Positions 8,800-19,529 of a DNA stretch of 64,000 nt are shown here, piece after piece (position 1 is the stretch's first letter; each line of letters starts with the position of its first letter). The position numbers and the translations under genes are program-made. The notes below the pieces were generated by a model. It worked only from the letters and a program-made list of their open reading frames with translations. It had not been told where the DNA came from and did not search any database. Origin of the DNA: Methanobacteriota archaeon (lineage in GTDB: Archaea; Methanobacteriota; Methanobacteria; Methanobacteriales; Methanobacteriaceae); contig CAWBCJ010000018.1 of NCBI GenBank assembly GCA_963787255.1, positions 64,001-128,000 of the forward strand, in the 5' to 3' direction.

Positions 8800-10104
8800 A
8801 TGAAAATTGCAGTAATTGGTGGAACGCGAGGATTAGGCAAGTGGATTGCTAAGTTTCTAAGAAATAGAAATTTTGATGTTATTATAACTGGAAGGGATGA
8901 AATAACTGGAGAAAAAGTATCGAAAAAACTGGGGGTTAAATACACTTCTAGTAATATGGATGCAGTTTCTAGTGTAGATATTGTTATTTTATCTGTTCCA
9001 ATAAGTGCATTATTTAAGGTAATTCCTGAAATCAGTCCTTTTTTGAAAAAAGGCACGCTTTTAATGGATGTTACATCTGTTAAGGAAAAACCTTCCCAAA
9101 TAATGCAGAAATATGCTCCAGAAGGCGTTGAAGTTATTCCCGCACATCCGCTATTTGGGCCTAGAATCAGATCTCTTGATGGTCAGGTTGTGGTTTTAAC
9201 TCCTAAGATAGAAGGTAAATGGTTTGAAAAGGTTTATAAATTTCTTGAAAATGAAAATGCACGGTTAATTGTTACATCTCCTCAAAATCACGATAAAATG
9301 ATGAGTGTTGTCCAGGGACTTACTCATTTTGCATATATTGGAATAGCGGCAACTATTGAAAGGCTTGATATTGACATAAAAGAATCCAGAAAATTTGCAA
9401 GTCCCGTTTATGGGTTAATGGTAGATATGATTGCCCGTATAGTTGCTCAAAATCCTTATTTGTATTATTCCATCCAGACCGAAAATAGGTACATTAAAGA
9501 AACTCATGAAACTTTCATTTCAGTTTACAGAGAGCTGAATGATATGATTTTAAATAAAGATCAGGAAGGGTTTGTGCATCTTATGGGGTCTGCTGCTAAG
9601 CATCTGGATGACCTAGAGGCAGCTCTTGGAAGGTCTGATAAGGCAATATCGTCTTTAAGTGAAGAGATTAGAACGCTTAAAAATTCCATTGGTAAAGAAG
9701 TTGGTTTAAGACATATTTACTCTGGAAAAGTTCATGTTGGGATTTTAGAGGAATTATCTCCTGATTTTATCACATTGAATCAGAATAAAAAGAAAACTGT
9801 TCTTAAATGGTCTAATGTGGAAGTTTTGAATGATGCTGAACTATGTAAATGGAAAATTGAAAAATATCCGCGAAAATCATATGATGTTTCAGCGGTATTT
9901 CCAGAAAAATGTAATCCTGATATAATTGTGGCTACTTTAGAGAATTTGGATGACGTAGTTGAAGTTTCTTTAGTTGATATTTATCAGGGAAGCCAGATTC
10001 CTGATGGGAAAATAAGTATAACTTTGAAATACGAAGTTATAAATTCTGAAGCTAGGTTTAGCGTTGAGAACCTTTTAAAAGGTTTTGGTGCTTCAATACG
10101 TTAA
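8800..10104 (+). CDS. tyrA: Prephenate dehydrogenase with extended C-terminal domains
   Basis: GGTRGLG Rossmann motif, DVTSVK, HPLFGP, HDKMMSVVQGLTH. Confidence 0.93.
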   Translation: MKIAVIGGTRGLGKWIAKFLRNRNFDVIITGRDEITGEKVSKKLGVKYTSSNMDAVSSVDIVILSVPISALFKVIPEISPFLKKGTLLMDVTSVKEKPSQIMQKYAPEGVEVIPAHPLFGPRIRSLDGQVVVLTPKIEGKWFEKVYKFLENENARLIVTSPQNHDKMMSVVQGLTHFAYIGIAATIERLDIDIKESRKFASPVYGLMVDMIARIVAQNPYLYYSIQTENRYIKETHETFISVYRELNDMILNKDQEGFVHLMGSAAKHLDDLEAALGRSDKAISSLSEEIRTLKNSIGKEVGLRHIYSGKVHVGILEELSPDFITLNQNKKKTVLKWSNVEVLNDAELCKWKIEKYPRKSYDVSAVFPEKCNPDIIVATLENLDDVVEVSLVDIYQGSQIPDGKISITLKYEVINSEARFSVENLLKGFGASIR

Positions 10105-10360
10105 ATATTTTATTTTATATTTTTTCTTTTATTTTTTTTTGGAATTTAATGAATTTAGAAAACCTTAATTAGTTTTATTTATAAAAATAAAGAGTAGTAA
10201 CTTAAATTAGTTTAGTATGAAATAATACAAAAAACCATAATCTTTATATATAATGATCTACAATTTATTATAGTAACTCAAGTTTACTAAAACATTATTC
10301 ATGTTTAAAATTACTTTTAACTAAAATAAATCATTCTAATAAAATATAACGAGGGTTAAC

Positions 10361-12541
10361 ATGACTGATAAAGAAATGAAATTAAAAGTTGCAGAGGCAT
10401 TCTCACAATCAGACGTGGGAAGGTCAATAGCAAGAATAGACCCAGCTTGCATGCAAAAATTAGATCTCCTTGATGGAGACATAATAGAAATAGAAGGAAA
10501 AAAGTTAACTGCAGCGACAGTCGTATCATCTCAATCTGACATAGGTTTAGGCATTATAAGGATTGATGGATACATGCGAAAGAACGCAGGCGCTTCAATA
10601 GGTGAAGAAGTCACAGTAAGACACGCAGATGCAAAAGAAGCACAAAAAGTAGTCTTAGCACCAGTTGATCAACAAATAATGATTCAAGGAGATGTAAGGG
10701 GCGCATTTGCAGGTAGAGTACTTTCTAAAGGAGATATACTCATATCTGGATTTAGGCAATCTACACCTGCAGTGAGAAGCAGCTTATTCGACGAATTCTT
10801 CAGAGATGTTGCACCAATGGGAGAACTTAAACTTGCAGTAGTCTCAACAAAGCCAGCAGGAATAGTAAAAGTCACTCAAATGACTAATGTTGAAGTTCAA
10901 CAAGAACCTGTGGACGTATCCAAGTTAGAAGGCGTAAAAACCTTTGTAGATGTAACATATGAGGATATAGGCGGTCTTAAAGAAGAAGTTAAAAAAGTAA
11001 GGGAAATGATAGAAATCCCGCTTAAAAGACCAGAACTCTTTGAAAGACTTGGAATTTCACCACCTAAAGGTGTATTAATGCATGGACCACCAGGAACAGG
11101 TAAAACATTACTTGCAAAGGCAGTAGCAAACGAAAGCGATGCTTATTTCATAACCATAAATGGCCCTGAAATTATGAGCAAGTATGTAGGTGGCTCTGAA
11201 GAAAGACTCAGAGAAATATTCGAAGAAGCTGAAGAAAACGCACCTTCAATAGTATTCATAGATGAAATTGATGCTATTGCACCTAAACGTGAGGAAGTAA
11301 CTGGAGAAGTAGAAAGAAGAACAGTAGCACAGCTTCTAACACTCATGGACGGTCTTAAATCCAGAGGACAAGTCATGGTCATTGGTGCAACCAATAGAGT
11401 AGATGCACTGGATCAGGCAATTAGAAGGCCAGGAAGATTTGACAGAGAAATCGAAATAGGTGTCCCTGATAAAGACGGAAGAAAAGAAGTACTTCAAATT
11501 CACACCAGAGGAATGCCATTAGAAGAAGATGTTGATCTAGACGAAATCGCAGACGTTACACACGGATTTGTAGGTGCTGACATTGAATCTTTAGCTAAAG
11601 AAGCTGCAATGAGAGTCTTAAGAAGAGTACTTCCAGAAATAAAGGCAGATGAAGAAATCCCAAAAGAAGTTCTTCAAAAAATAATTGTCAAAAAATCCGA
11701 CTTCAAAGAGGCTTTAAAGGAAATTCAGCCATCAGCACTTCGTGAAGTGCTTGTACAAGTTCCAGACATTAGATGGGAAGATATTGGTGGTCTTGAAAAA
11801 GCAAAACAGGAGTTAATGGAAGCTGTAGAATGGCCGCTTAAATATCCTGAACACTTTGAAAAATTCGGAGTAACTCCACCTAAAGGAGTTCTTATTTACG
11901 GCCCGCCAGGAACAGGTAAAACATTACTTGCAAAGGCTGTTGCAAACGAAAGTGACTCAAACTTCATTGCAATAAAAGGCCCAGAACTTTTATCAAAATG
12001 GGTTGGAGAATCTGAAAAAGGTGTAAGAGAAATATTCAGGAAAGCAAGGCAAACTGCACCAACAGTAATCTTTTTCGACGAAATAGACTCCATCGCATCT
12101 ACAAGAGGTGGAAGTAGTGACTCAGGAGTTACTCAAAGAGTAGTAAACCAGCTTCTAACTGAAATTGATGGAATGGAAGAACTTCAAGACGTTGCCGTAA
12201 TTGCAGCAACAAACAGAGTTGATATAATTGATCCAGCATTACTCCGGCCTGGAAGATTTGACAGACATGTCAAAGTAGACGATCCAAGCGAAGAAGCAAG
12301 ACTGGAAATATTCAAGGTTCACACCAAGAAAATGCCGCTTGCAGATGATGTTGACTTAAAATATCTTGCTAAAAACACAGCAGGCTATGTAGGCGCTGAT
12401 ATTGAGGCGGTATGCCGTGAAGCAGTCATGCTGACACTAAGAGATAAAATAGATGCTGATAATGTTGTCATGAAATATTTCAAGAAAGCAATGAAAAAAG
12501 TTAAAACAGAAGAAAAAGTTGATTTAGTCCAGTATCACTAA
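10361..12541 (+). CDS. cdc48: CDC48/VCP (VAT) AAA+ ATPase
   Basis: N-domain plus two AAA modules (GPPGTGKT twice, RPGRFDR twice), C-terminal QYH. Confidence 0.97.
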   Translation: MTDKEMKLKVAEAFSQSDVGRSIARIDPACMQKLDLLDGDIIEIEGKKLTAATVVSSQSDIGLGIIRIDGYMRKNAGASIGEEVTVRHADAKEAQKVVLAPVDQQIMIQGDVRGAFAGRVLSKGDILISGFRQSTPAVRSSLFDEFFRDVAPMGELKLAVVSTKPAGIVKVTQMTNVEVQQEPVDVSKLEGVKTFVDVTYEDIGGLKEEVKKVREMIEIPLKRPELFERLGISPPKGVLMHGPPGTGKTLLAKAVANESDAYFITINGPEIMSKYVGGSEERLREIFEEAEENAPSIVFIDEIDAIAPKREEVTGEVERRTVAQLLTLMDGLKSRGQVMVIGATNRVDALDQAIRRPGRFDREIEIGVPDKDGRKEVLQIHTRGMPLEEDVDLDEIADVTHGFVGADIESLAKEAAMRVLRRVLPEIKADEEIPKEVLQKIIVKKSDFKEALKEIQPSALREVLVQVPDIRWEDIGGLEKAKQELMEAVEWPLKYPEHFEKFGVTPPKGVLIYGPPGTGKTLLAKAVANESDSNFIAIKGPELLSKWVGESEKGVREIFRKARQTAPTVIFFDEIDSIASTRGGSSDSGVTQRVVNQLLTEIDGMEELQDVAVIAATNRVDIIDPALLRPGRFDRHVKVDDPSEEARLEIFKVHTKKMPLADDVDLKYLAKNTAGYVGADIEAVCREAVMLTLRDKIDADNVVMKYFKKAMKKVKTEEKVDLVQYH

Positions 12542-12549
12542 ATTAAACC

Positions 12550-12592
12550 TGGAAGTTATATAAATTAGCTTCCATCTATATTTTATTTTTTT
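12550..12592 (+). terminator. Hairpin plus T-tract downstream of cdc48
   Basis: TGGAAGTTA-N7-TAGCTTCCA followed by a T-rich run. Confidence 0.5.
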
Positions 12593-12662
12593 AGACTATC
12601 TTTTTTTAATTTATAATTTTTCTATAAAAAATAATTATGAATATATTATATTAAGCCCTAAA

Positions 12663-13115
12663 CTATTCTCCTTTACTCACTTTGGTGTATTTTGGAAGTG
12701 AATAAGTTTCTAGAGCTTCATTTTGAATGTATTTTTCAAGATCTTCAATTTGTTTGAGGTAATCATCTACCATTTCAGTAATTTCTTTATATGGAATTAG
12801 GCTTTTTTTACGTTCAAATATCAATTTTTTCCTTTTTTCGGTGGGAGTAAGCTTCTTTTCAAGACTAAACAAACCTAATATTTTAGGCTTTTCGATTATT
12901 GACTCGTCAAGATACATAGTTCTAATAGTTCTCATATCTTTAGTGATTTCACGCCTTAAACTTTGAACGTCACTTTTTAGACGATTTATTTTAACCAGTG
13001 AAGACCTGGCCTCAAAATCAGTTGATAAATTTAATTCTGAATCATCCAGATACATCTCCTGAAATATTTCATAATATTCTTCAGGATTTCTAATTATATC
13101 CGCACCATTTTCCAT
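12663..13115 (-). CDS. Hypothetical helical protein, paralogue of 27820..28224
   Basis: 150-aa ORF; shared motifs with the 27820 ORF; TATA about 25 nt upstream. Confidence 0.75.
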   Translation of the reverse strand: MENGADIIRNPEEYYEIFQEMYLDDSELNLSTDFEARSSLVKINRLKSDVQSLRREITKDMRTIRTMYLDESIIEKPKILGLFSLEKKLTPTEKRKKLIFERKKSLIPYKEITEMVDDYLKQIEDLEKYIQNEALETYSLPKYTKVSKGE

Positions 13116-13448
13116 ATTTAAAAATTAATAAAGCATTGTATATATAGATTGCTGGTTTTGACAGTTATTTAATAATTTAAGGGCTCAAATTAGTAATAAA
13201 ACCTTTAATAAGATATCACTGCTAAAATTAACGATTTAATATTTGGGAATCTACTTATAAAAAATGGGGAATACCATTCTTAATTTTTTTTTTGCTTATT
13301 TTCAATAAATTTACAGTAATTTAAATTTCAAAATAAATTGTATAAAAATAATGGATAATTTTAAATTAAATGTAAAGTTATATAAAATAAAAGAATTCTA
13401 AATAATGAACTACTTTTTAAATTGTTTAAATTTAATTCAGGTGAAATA

Positions 13449-14699
13449 ATGAGTAATGTAAAAGATATGTCACTTGCACCAGAAGGCAAAAAGAAAATAG
13501 AATGGGTAAAAAGACATATGCCCGTATTGGAACATATTAAAGCAGAATTTGAAAAAGAAAAGCCTTTTAAAGGGATAACTATTGGTTCATGCTTACATCT
13601 TGAACCAAAAACAATCAATTTAGGATTAACACTTCTAGCAGGTGGTGCAGAGGTAGCAATGACCGGATGCAACCCTTTATCTACCCAAGATGATGCTACA
13701 GCAGCAGGAGCATCAATGGGGCTTAATATGTACGGATGGAGAGAAGAAACTACAGAAGAATATTATGAAACCATCCACAAAGTACTGGATCACAAGCCAG
13801 ATATTTTAATTGATGACGGCGCGGACATGATATTTTTAGTGCACAAAGAACGACCTGAACTCATAGAAAACATCATAGGCGCATGCGAAGAGACAACAAC
13901 AGGAATTCACAGACTAAAAGCAATGGCAGAAGATAAAGCATTAAAATTCCCTGTAATAGCAGTTAACGATGCTTATACTAAATACTTATTTGATAACAGA
14001 TATGGAACAGGTCAATCAACTTTTGATTCAATAATGGGTTCAACAAATGTCTTAATTGCAGGTAAAGTAGTTGTTGTTTGTGGATACGGCTGGTGTGGCC
14101 GTGGAATAGCTATGAGGGCAGATGGACTTGGTGCAAATGTTATCGTAACTGAAATTGACCCAATAAGGGCATTGGAAGCAAAAATGGATGGATACAGAGT
14201 CATGAAAGCTGAAGAAGCGGTTAAACATGCAGACATGGTTATTACCGTTACTGGAGATATCGATATCATTACCGAAAAACATCTTAAAGTCATGAAAGAT
14301 GGATGTATACTTGCAAATTCAGGCCATTTCAATGTGGAGATTAACAGAGGAGATCTCGAAAAAATGTCTGTTAAGCAGGAACAGATTAAAGCAGACATTG
14401 AAGGCTTTGTAATGGAAGATGGAAGAACATTTTACTTACTTGCTGACGGAAGGCTTGTTAATTTAGCTGGAGAGCGAGGGCAGGGCCATCCAGCGGAAAT
14501 AATGGACATGAGCTTTTCGGTTCAGGCTTTATCTGCCAAAGATCTTTTGGGAACTAAATTGGATAATAAAGTTTACAAAGTTTCTGATGAAATCGATGAT
14601 AGAGTCGCTAGACTTAAATTAAAAGCAATGGATATCCAAATTGACGAATTAACTCCAAGGCAAACTGAATACATTAATAACTGGGAAGAAGGAACTTAA
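13449..14699 (+). CDS. ahcY: Adenosylhomocysteinase
   Basis: [44 protein letters not shown]; AGGTG RBS before ATG 13449. Confidence 0.97.
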   Translation: MSNVKDMSLAPEGKKKIEWVKRHMPVLEHIKAEFEKEKPFKGITIGSCLHLEPKTINLGLTLLAGGAEVAMTGCNPLSTQDDATAAGASMGLNMYGWREETTEEYYETIHKVLDHKPDILIDDGADMIFLVHKERPELIENIIGACEETTTGIHRLKAMAEDKALKFPVIAVNDAYTKYLFDNRYGTGQSTFDSIMGSTNVLIAGKVVVVCGYGWCGRGIAMRADGLGANVIVTEIDPIRALEAKMDGYRVMKAEEAVKHADMVITVTGDIDIITEKHLKVMKDGCILANSGHFNVEINRGDLEKMSVKQEQIKADIEGFVMEDGRTFYLLADGRLVNLAGERGQGHPAEIMDMSFSVQALSAKDLLGTKLDNKVYKVSDEIDDRVARLKLKAMDIQIDELTPRQTEYINNWEEGT

Positions 14700-14733
14700 T
14701 CTTCTCCCCAAAACCTATATTTTTTGATCCTAA

Positions 14734-15345
14734 ATGACTTATTTTAAAGAAATTAAAAAGGGAGATATGCCAGTACGCCTTTTTGTGGGTGGTGTGCATG
14801 GTAAAGAAGGGCTTACAACCATAAAAGCTCTTTCTAAAATCTGTGATGAAGACGTTAAAGATGGTGTTCTTACAATTTATAATTTTGATGATAGTCCTTA
14901 TATTAGCACCCTTGATAGGCATTACTACACATCCCGTAGGGGTAGAGAGATTGTATCGATAATTAGGGATTTAAAACCTGAAATGTATGTGGAATTGCAT
15001 TGTTATAACTCAAACAGTTTCGAAAAATTAACAGATTTAAATAGAAAGGAACGTACGGGAGTTCCGCCCTTGATACATCTTGAAGAAAAAGTTTTAATAG
15101 GCTCAATATCGCCTTATATCCGAACCTCTCTTTTTGATGAATGGGATGTTTGTATAACACTTGAAATTCCATGTAAACCATCAAAAAAATCTATGGATGT
15201 TTATTTAAAAGTAATAAAGGCTGTTGCAAGTTCAAAGGATAAATATGAATTGCTGGATAAATTGAGGGCTGATTATCCTGAACAAATTGAAACTGCGGCG
15301 AGATATGCTATTGAGCTATACTGGGATGGTTATCCTCCATTATAA
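14734..15345 (+). CDS. DUF2119-like / M14-like metallohydrolase
   Basis: GGVHGKE and VELH metal motifs, TLE. Confidence 0.7.
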   Translation: MTYFKEIKKGDMPVRLFVGGVHGKEGLTTIKALSKICDEDVKDGVLTIYNFDDSPYISTLDRHYYTSRRGREIVSIIRDLKPEMYVELHCYNSNSFEKLTDLNRKERTGVPPLIHLEEKVLIGSISPYIRTSLFDEWDVCITLEIPCKPSKKSMDVYLKVIKAVASSKDKYELLDKLRADYPEQIETAARYAIELYWDGYPPL

Positions 15346-15370
15346 AAAAAACCACCGCTTAAAATTCATA

Positions 15371-15432
15371 TCCTGCAAAAACATTTTTTTTGCGGTTATG
15401 AAAACTTATTTCAAAAAACATCAAGTTTTGAG
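15371..15432. repeat. Degenerate copy of the hairpin repeat family
   Basis: CCTGCAAAAACATTTTTTTTGCGG resembles the reverse complement of the 47.1 kb copy (CCTGCAAAACATAATTTTTGTGG). Confidence 0.5.
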
Positions 15433-15520
15433 AGATTTTTCTTTTCCTCATGCGGAAAAAGATAAATCTAATTATTTATTTCATTAATTTGATTGGAAAA
15501 TGGAATAAGTATTGAAATTA

Positions 15521-15775
15521 TCAATATGAACTTATTCTTTGTATATTCAAATTATGAACATGGATTATATGTAAATGGTTTCTCATGCGATTTAATTTAC
15601 GTAATGCGGGCCGTAAATCTATTCGAATAACTTTCTCCCATCCCCATATCTTTTCTTTTCCTTCCTTTATCCTTTGCACGATTTCCATTATCTCTGCAGG
15701 TTCTAGATGATGCCAGTAGGATTTATCATATCTAAGTTTAGCTATAATATCCCACCAATTTACTACGTTTGTCAT
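15521..15775 (-). CDS. Small Trp-rich hypothetical protein
   Basis: GGAGG RBS upstream of ATG 15775 (MTNVVNWW...). Confidence 0.5.
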   Translation of the reverse strand: MTNVVNWWDIIAKLRYDKSYWHHLEPAEIMEIVQRIKEGKEKIWGWEKVIRIDLRPALRKLNRMRNHLHIIHVHNLNIQRISSY

Positions 15776-16354
15776 ATGTACCGCCTCCGAAATCATAGAT
15801 AAAAAATAATTGCAATCACTGTTAAATTAATAGTACAAAGGTATAAAAATATATTAATATTGTTGTAATCAAGAATATAATATATTATTAAGTCTAAAAT
15901 CCCTAATAAAGTTTTCTATATGTTTATAATACTATATTACTTAATTATTATCATTATTATCCTTTAAAAAGTAAAATTCATATTATAATTAAAAATTCTT
16001 TTTATAACATAACAATTAATTTCTTATCTAAACATCTTAGTTTCAAAAACGGCTTATCTCCCCATTCTAGTCTTTTTTGCGTATTTCTCATTCCTGTTTA
16101 CTTAATCAGATTTCTAGAAATGTTTTTGCCTTATTTTAAAGGTTGAAATTACAGGCTAAAATAAGCTTTATTTGAAAAAAAACAGTTAAAAAAAATATCA
16201 AAAAAAGTGTCAACTTACTATAATACAAGTCCGTTAGCAATAAAATTCTTTTTAAGATTAGATTAAGAAACTTCTTAAAATCGCAATTAACGAAATTAAA
16301 AAGTTAGGCTTAATCTTTAAAAACTAAAAATAAGGATTCTTTTTAAGTGTTTCA

Positions 16355-16630
16355 TTATTTATTAAGCTGTATTTCAATGGCTGAAACATTACTGTTTGAT
16401 CCTTCCCTATTTGATACTTCTTCTGTACTGATATTTATTGTTCCAAGTTCTACATCTAATAAAAACTTGTTTCTTACAATTTCTGCTACATCAACAGCTC
16501 TGCTTATGGCTCTTCCTCTGGCTTTTAACATTACTTCAGTTGTTCCGCTGTTCATTTGTGTTACAACAGCTAATACGTAATTCATTACTGGTTTAGTTCC
16601 AATGTATACTACATTTTCTTCTGACATCAT
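16355..16630 (-). CDS. albA: DNA/RNA-binding protein Alba
   Basis: [31 protein letters not shown]. Confidence 0.97.
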   Translation of the reverse strand: MMSEENVVYIGTKPVMNYVLAVVTQMNSGTTEVMLKARGRAISRAVDVAEIVRNKFLLDVELGTINISTEEVSNREGSNSNVSAIEIQLNK

Positions 16631-16841
16631 TTTTTACCTCCATAGAAACACATTATATATTATATTTGCATATACGTAGCATATACTACTATGCATTAAG
16701 TTAAAAAAGCTGTAGATGTTAAAATATATGACTACCAATAGCAATTTTTAATTAAATTCTTTTAAATCCGCCGCTTGAAAATCTCTGATTTTAGGCTTTG
16801 AAGGAAACCAAGCTTACAAATCATCAAACACTTTTTTATAT

Positions 16842-17147
16842 TTATAACCTTTTATCAGGAATTCTTTGATGATCAGAAGCACCCTTTCCAGGCTTTGTAT
16901 CATCAACATACTTTTCAGGCGATCTTTTAGACCCTCTATCTACTGGCGGCTTAATAAGTCCACGCTCCAAGACATAGCCTTTCTGTAGCAATTCATTTAC
17001 AACTTCCTTAAAATCTACCCTTGATAAATCTGGAAATTCACGTTTTAAGATATTATATAATCTTCTTTCAAGATAAACACCATTATGCTCTTTTAAAATG
17101 TCATCGGCTCTCGTTACTATCCTCGATAGCTTATCATTATCAGTCAT
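16842..17147 (-). CDS. Hypothetical protein, possible winged-helix
   Basis: GGAG RBS; DFKEVVNELLQKGYV helix-wing-like pattern; basic tail. Confidence 0.65.
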   Translation of the reverse strand: MTDNDKLSRIVTRADDILKEHNGVYLERRLYNILKREFPDLSRVDFKEVVNELLQKGYVLERGLIKPPVDRGSKRSPEKYVDDTKPGKGASDHQRIPDKRL

Positions 17148-17249
17148 ATTATTATCTCCTATAATATCCTCTAATTTGAGGATTTTAAATTAATCATCAT
17201 TCAATTTTATTATATATTTTCTAAATAATGTAAATTCCCCACAACCACT

Positions 17250-17376
17250 CAAAAATCAAAGCATGCAAAAACTTCAAAAATCTCTCAAAATTCTACAAAT
17301 TTTGTGGCAGAGAATCGAAGCTTACGAAACTAAAATTTCGTGCTCAGAAATCTACGATTTCTAGAGTTTCTCATGC
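17250..17376. repeat. Nested multi-hairpin palindromic repeat
   Basis: 24-bp identity (17252-17275) with 19619-19642; several internal inverted repeats. Confidence 0.8.
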
Positions 17377-17447
17377 ATTAAAATTATTACATTTTAGGGA
17401 GATTCAACATTTTATTTTACACTAGAAATTAAAAACGAAAATGAAAA

Positions 17448-18285
17448 TTAACCTAATGAATAATTCTCAATATACCAATCAATAAGTTCACTGGCAATAC
17501 TCATATTAGACGGTATTCGTGGAATTTCATCAGGACTGAACCATTTTGCATCTGTTATTTCATTCCCGTCAACCTGTATCATGCCGCTTTCATAATCAGC
17601 TGTAAAACCAATCATTAACGAATGGGGAAACGGCCAGGGTTGACTGCCGAAATATTTTATATTTTTAACTTTCAAGCCCACTTCTTCCTCTGTTTCTCTT
17701 TCTACAGCTTCCTCAAGTGTTTCTCCGGCTTCTACAAATCCGGCGATAAGACTGTACCTATTATAACCGTATGAGTGTTTGGCCATCAATATTTCACCGT
17801 CTTTTATAATTGCAGTTATTACAGCTGGTGAGAGGCGGGTGAAACTCATAAATCCGCATTCTGGACAGATTTTGGCAATTTCACGTTTCTTGTTCTCGGT
17901 TGGAGCGCCGCATTTACCGCAGAACTGATGATTTTTATCAAAGTTTATAATCTGAATGGCGCGGCCAGCTAATAAATATATATCTTCATCTAGTGTGTCG
18001 TAGAGTATTTTTATGTCTTCAAAATAGTAACCTTCAGGTGCAGGGGTTTCAGGCGCAACTTCTGCAGTGTAGCATGGATGGCCTTCAAGTGTGCCTAAAT
18101 ATTGTGTTCTTATTGGTGAAATAGAGAATTCATTTAGATTTTCGGTGAAAGGGAGTTTTAGATTGTTTTTAGGGTTTATGAGTAATTTGTCAGAGTTGAA
18201 AATGAACCAGTAGGCAGGACCGTTGTTTTCTTGGGTCAGGTGTGACTGGAGGTTTGTATCTTTTGTAGATGCTTTCTCGTTTCAT
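17448..18285 (-). pseudogene. nudC: NAD(H) diphosphatase NudC with a 1-nt frameshift near the 5' end
   Basis: FCGKCG...CPECG Zn motif, Nudix box GFVEAGETLEEAVERETEEEVG, SQPWPFPHS. ATG 18285 (MKRESIYKRY) is one base out of frame with AYWFIF... Confidence 0.85.
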
Positions 18286-18384
18286 GACTAATAGGTAATT
18301 TGGACTTTGGATAAATAATTATTCTTAAAAAAAGTTTATTGACAATAGTTGTGGAATGATTTTATGGTAAATATTTTATACAAT

Positions 18385-19376
18385 ATCGAAATAGGGCATC
18401 GTTCAATATTTGTAGCCCATCAGTTCATAGACCAATAAACTTTAATTAGCTTTTGAGCGAAGTAGGATTTAAACCATGGATTTCCATGTCAAAGAAGTTC
18501 TTTAATTACATTTATGACGAGGTAAAATATTATTGGAGGGGCTTTTAGGACATATTCATTCAGGAAAAAGCAGTAGATAATTGAGTTCTTTTGGCATAAT
18601 CCTCAAAATTAGAATTATCTATTTCAAATTATTTCAAATTTTAATTGGATATCAATACAATTGCTGTAAGTAGCTTTCAAAGACTTTTTTAAATTATTTG
18701 ATTATTAATGGGATATGAAAATCGAAAAGGCAAATCTCTTGAAAATGAAAATGCTGTGCCCCCTGGATGAAATTTTAGAATCGGGTAATTTAGCTATATT
18801 CTTTTTAATTTAAACCAATAACTTCAACATAATATCCTACATATTGTTGTTGATCCATTTCTATTGAAATTCCCCTTAATCGAGCTTGTTCATGCTTAAT
18901 TTTATTTACTATTTTTCCAATGAACGTGCGATAGTCTTCAGTATTTTTCACGAAATATTCTATTCCTGGGTGTTTAAAACGATTTAACCATGAATAATGG
19001 TATTTTTCGAGGTTTTTTAATTGTTTTGGGGGAATATTTTTGACTTCAGGATATGGAGAAGTAACTTTAAGTATTGATAACAATCATCAAAATGGGAATG
19101 TAATGAATCAAGAATTTCTTTCTGCTCTTCTAATAATTCAAGAAAATCAGAAGTTGGAAATTCACTAAAACTGTCATGTTTTTCATGTAAGTCTAGAACT
19201 TTAGTAAACGCTTTAATAATTCTAGATAATGATTCATTGTAAATTGCAAGAGGATGACCCTTTCTATAATCCATATTATGCAATGTATCATCAAGTAAAT
19301 GATGTAATAAGTTATAAACTTCAGGTGCAACGTTTCCATCACAATTAATGCTTCTTTTTATGATCATTAATTCCAT
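18385..19376 (-). pseudogene. Decayed conserved-hypothetical gene (possibly HEPN-like)
   Basis: ORFs 19017..19376 and 18805..19083 overlap in different frames; coding-like text (HPGGTAFSFSRDL) continues past stops; 3' limit uncertain. Confidence 0.6.
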
Positions 19377-19529
19377 TTAGATTCTTTCTTTAATATATAG
19401 TTAGTATACAAGATTAGAGATAATAGAGCAGAAAATTAGTAAAAATAATAGATTTGATTCTTCCACTTGTTATAACCATCTTTTTCACCGATTAAATATG
19501 GCTGCTATTTTAGAATTTTTACTTTCCCA

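Noticed and set aside
16002-16091. 29-aa minus-strand ORF (MRNTQKRLEWG...)
   Set aside because: Short, no convincing RBS or motif; compatible with chance.
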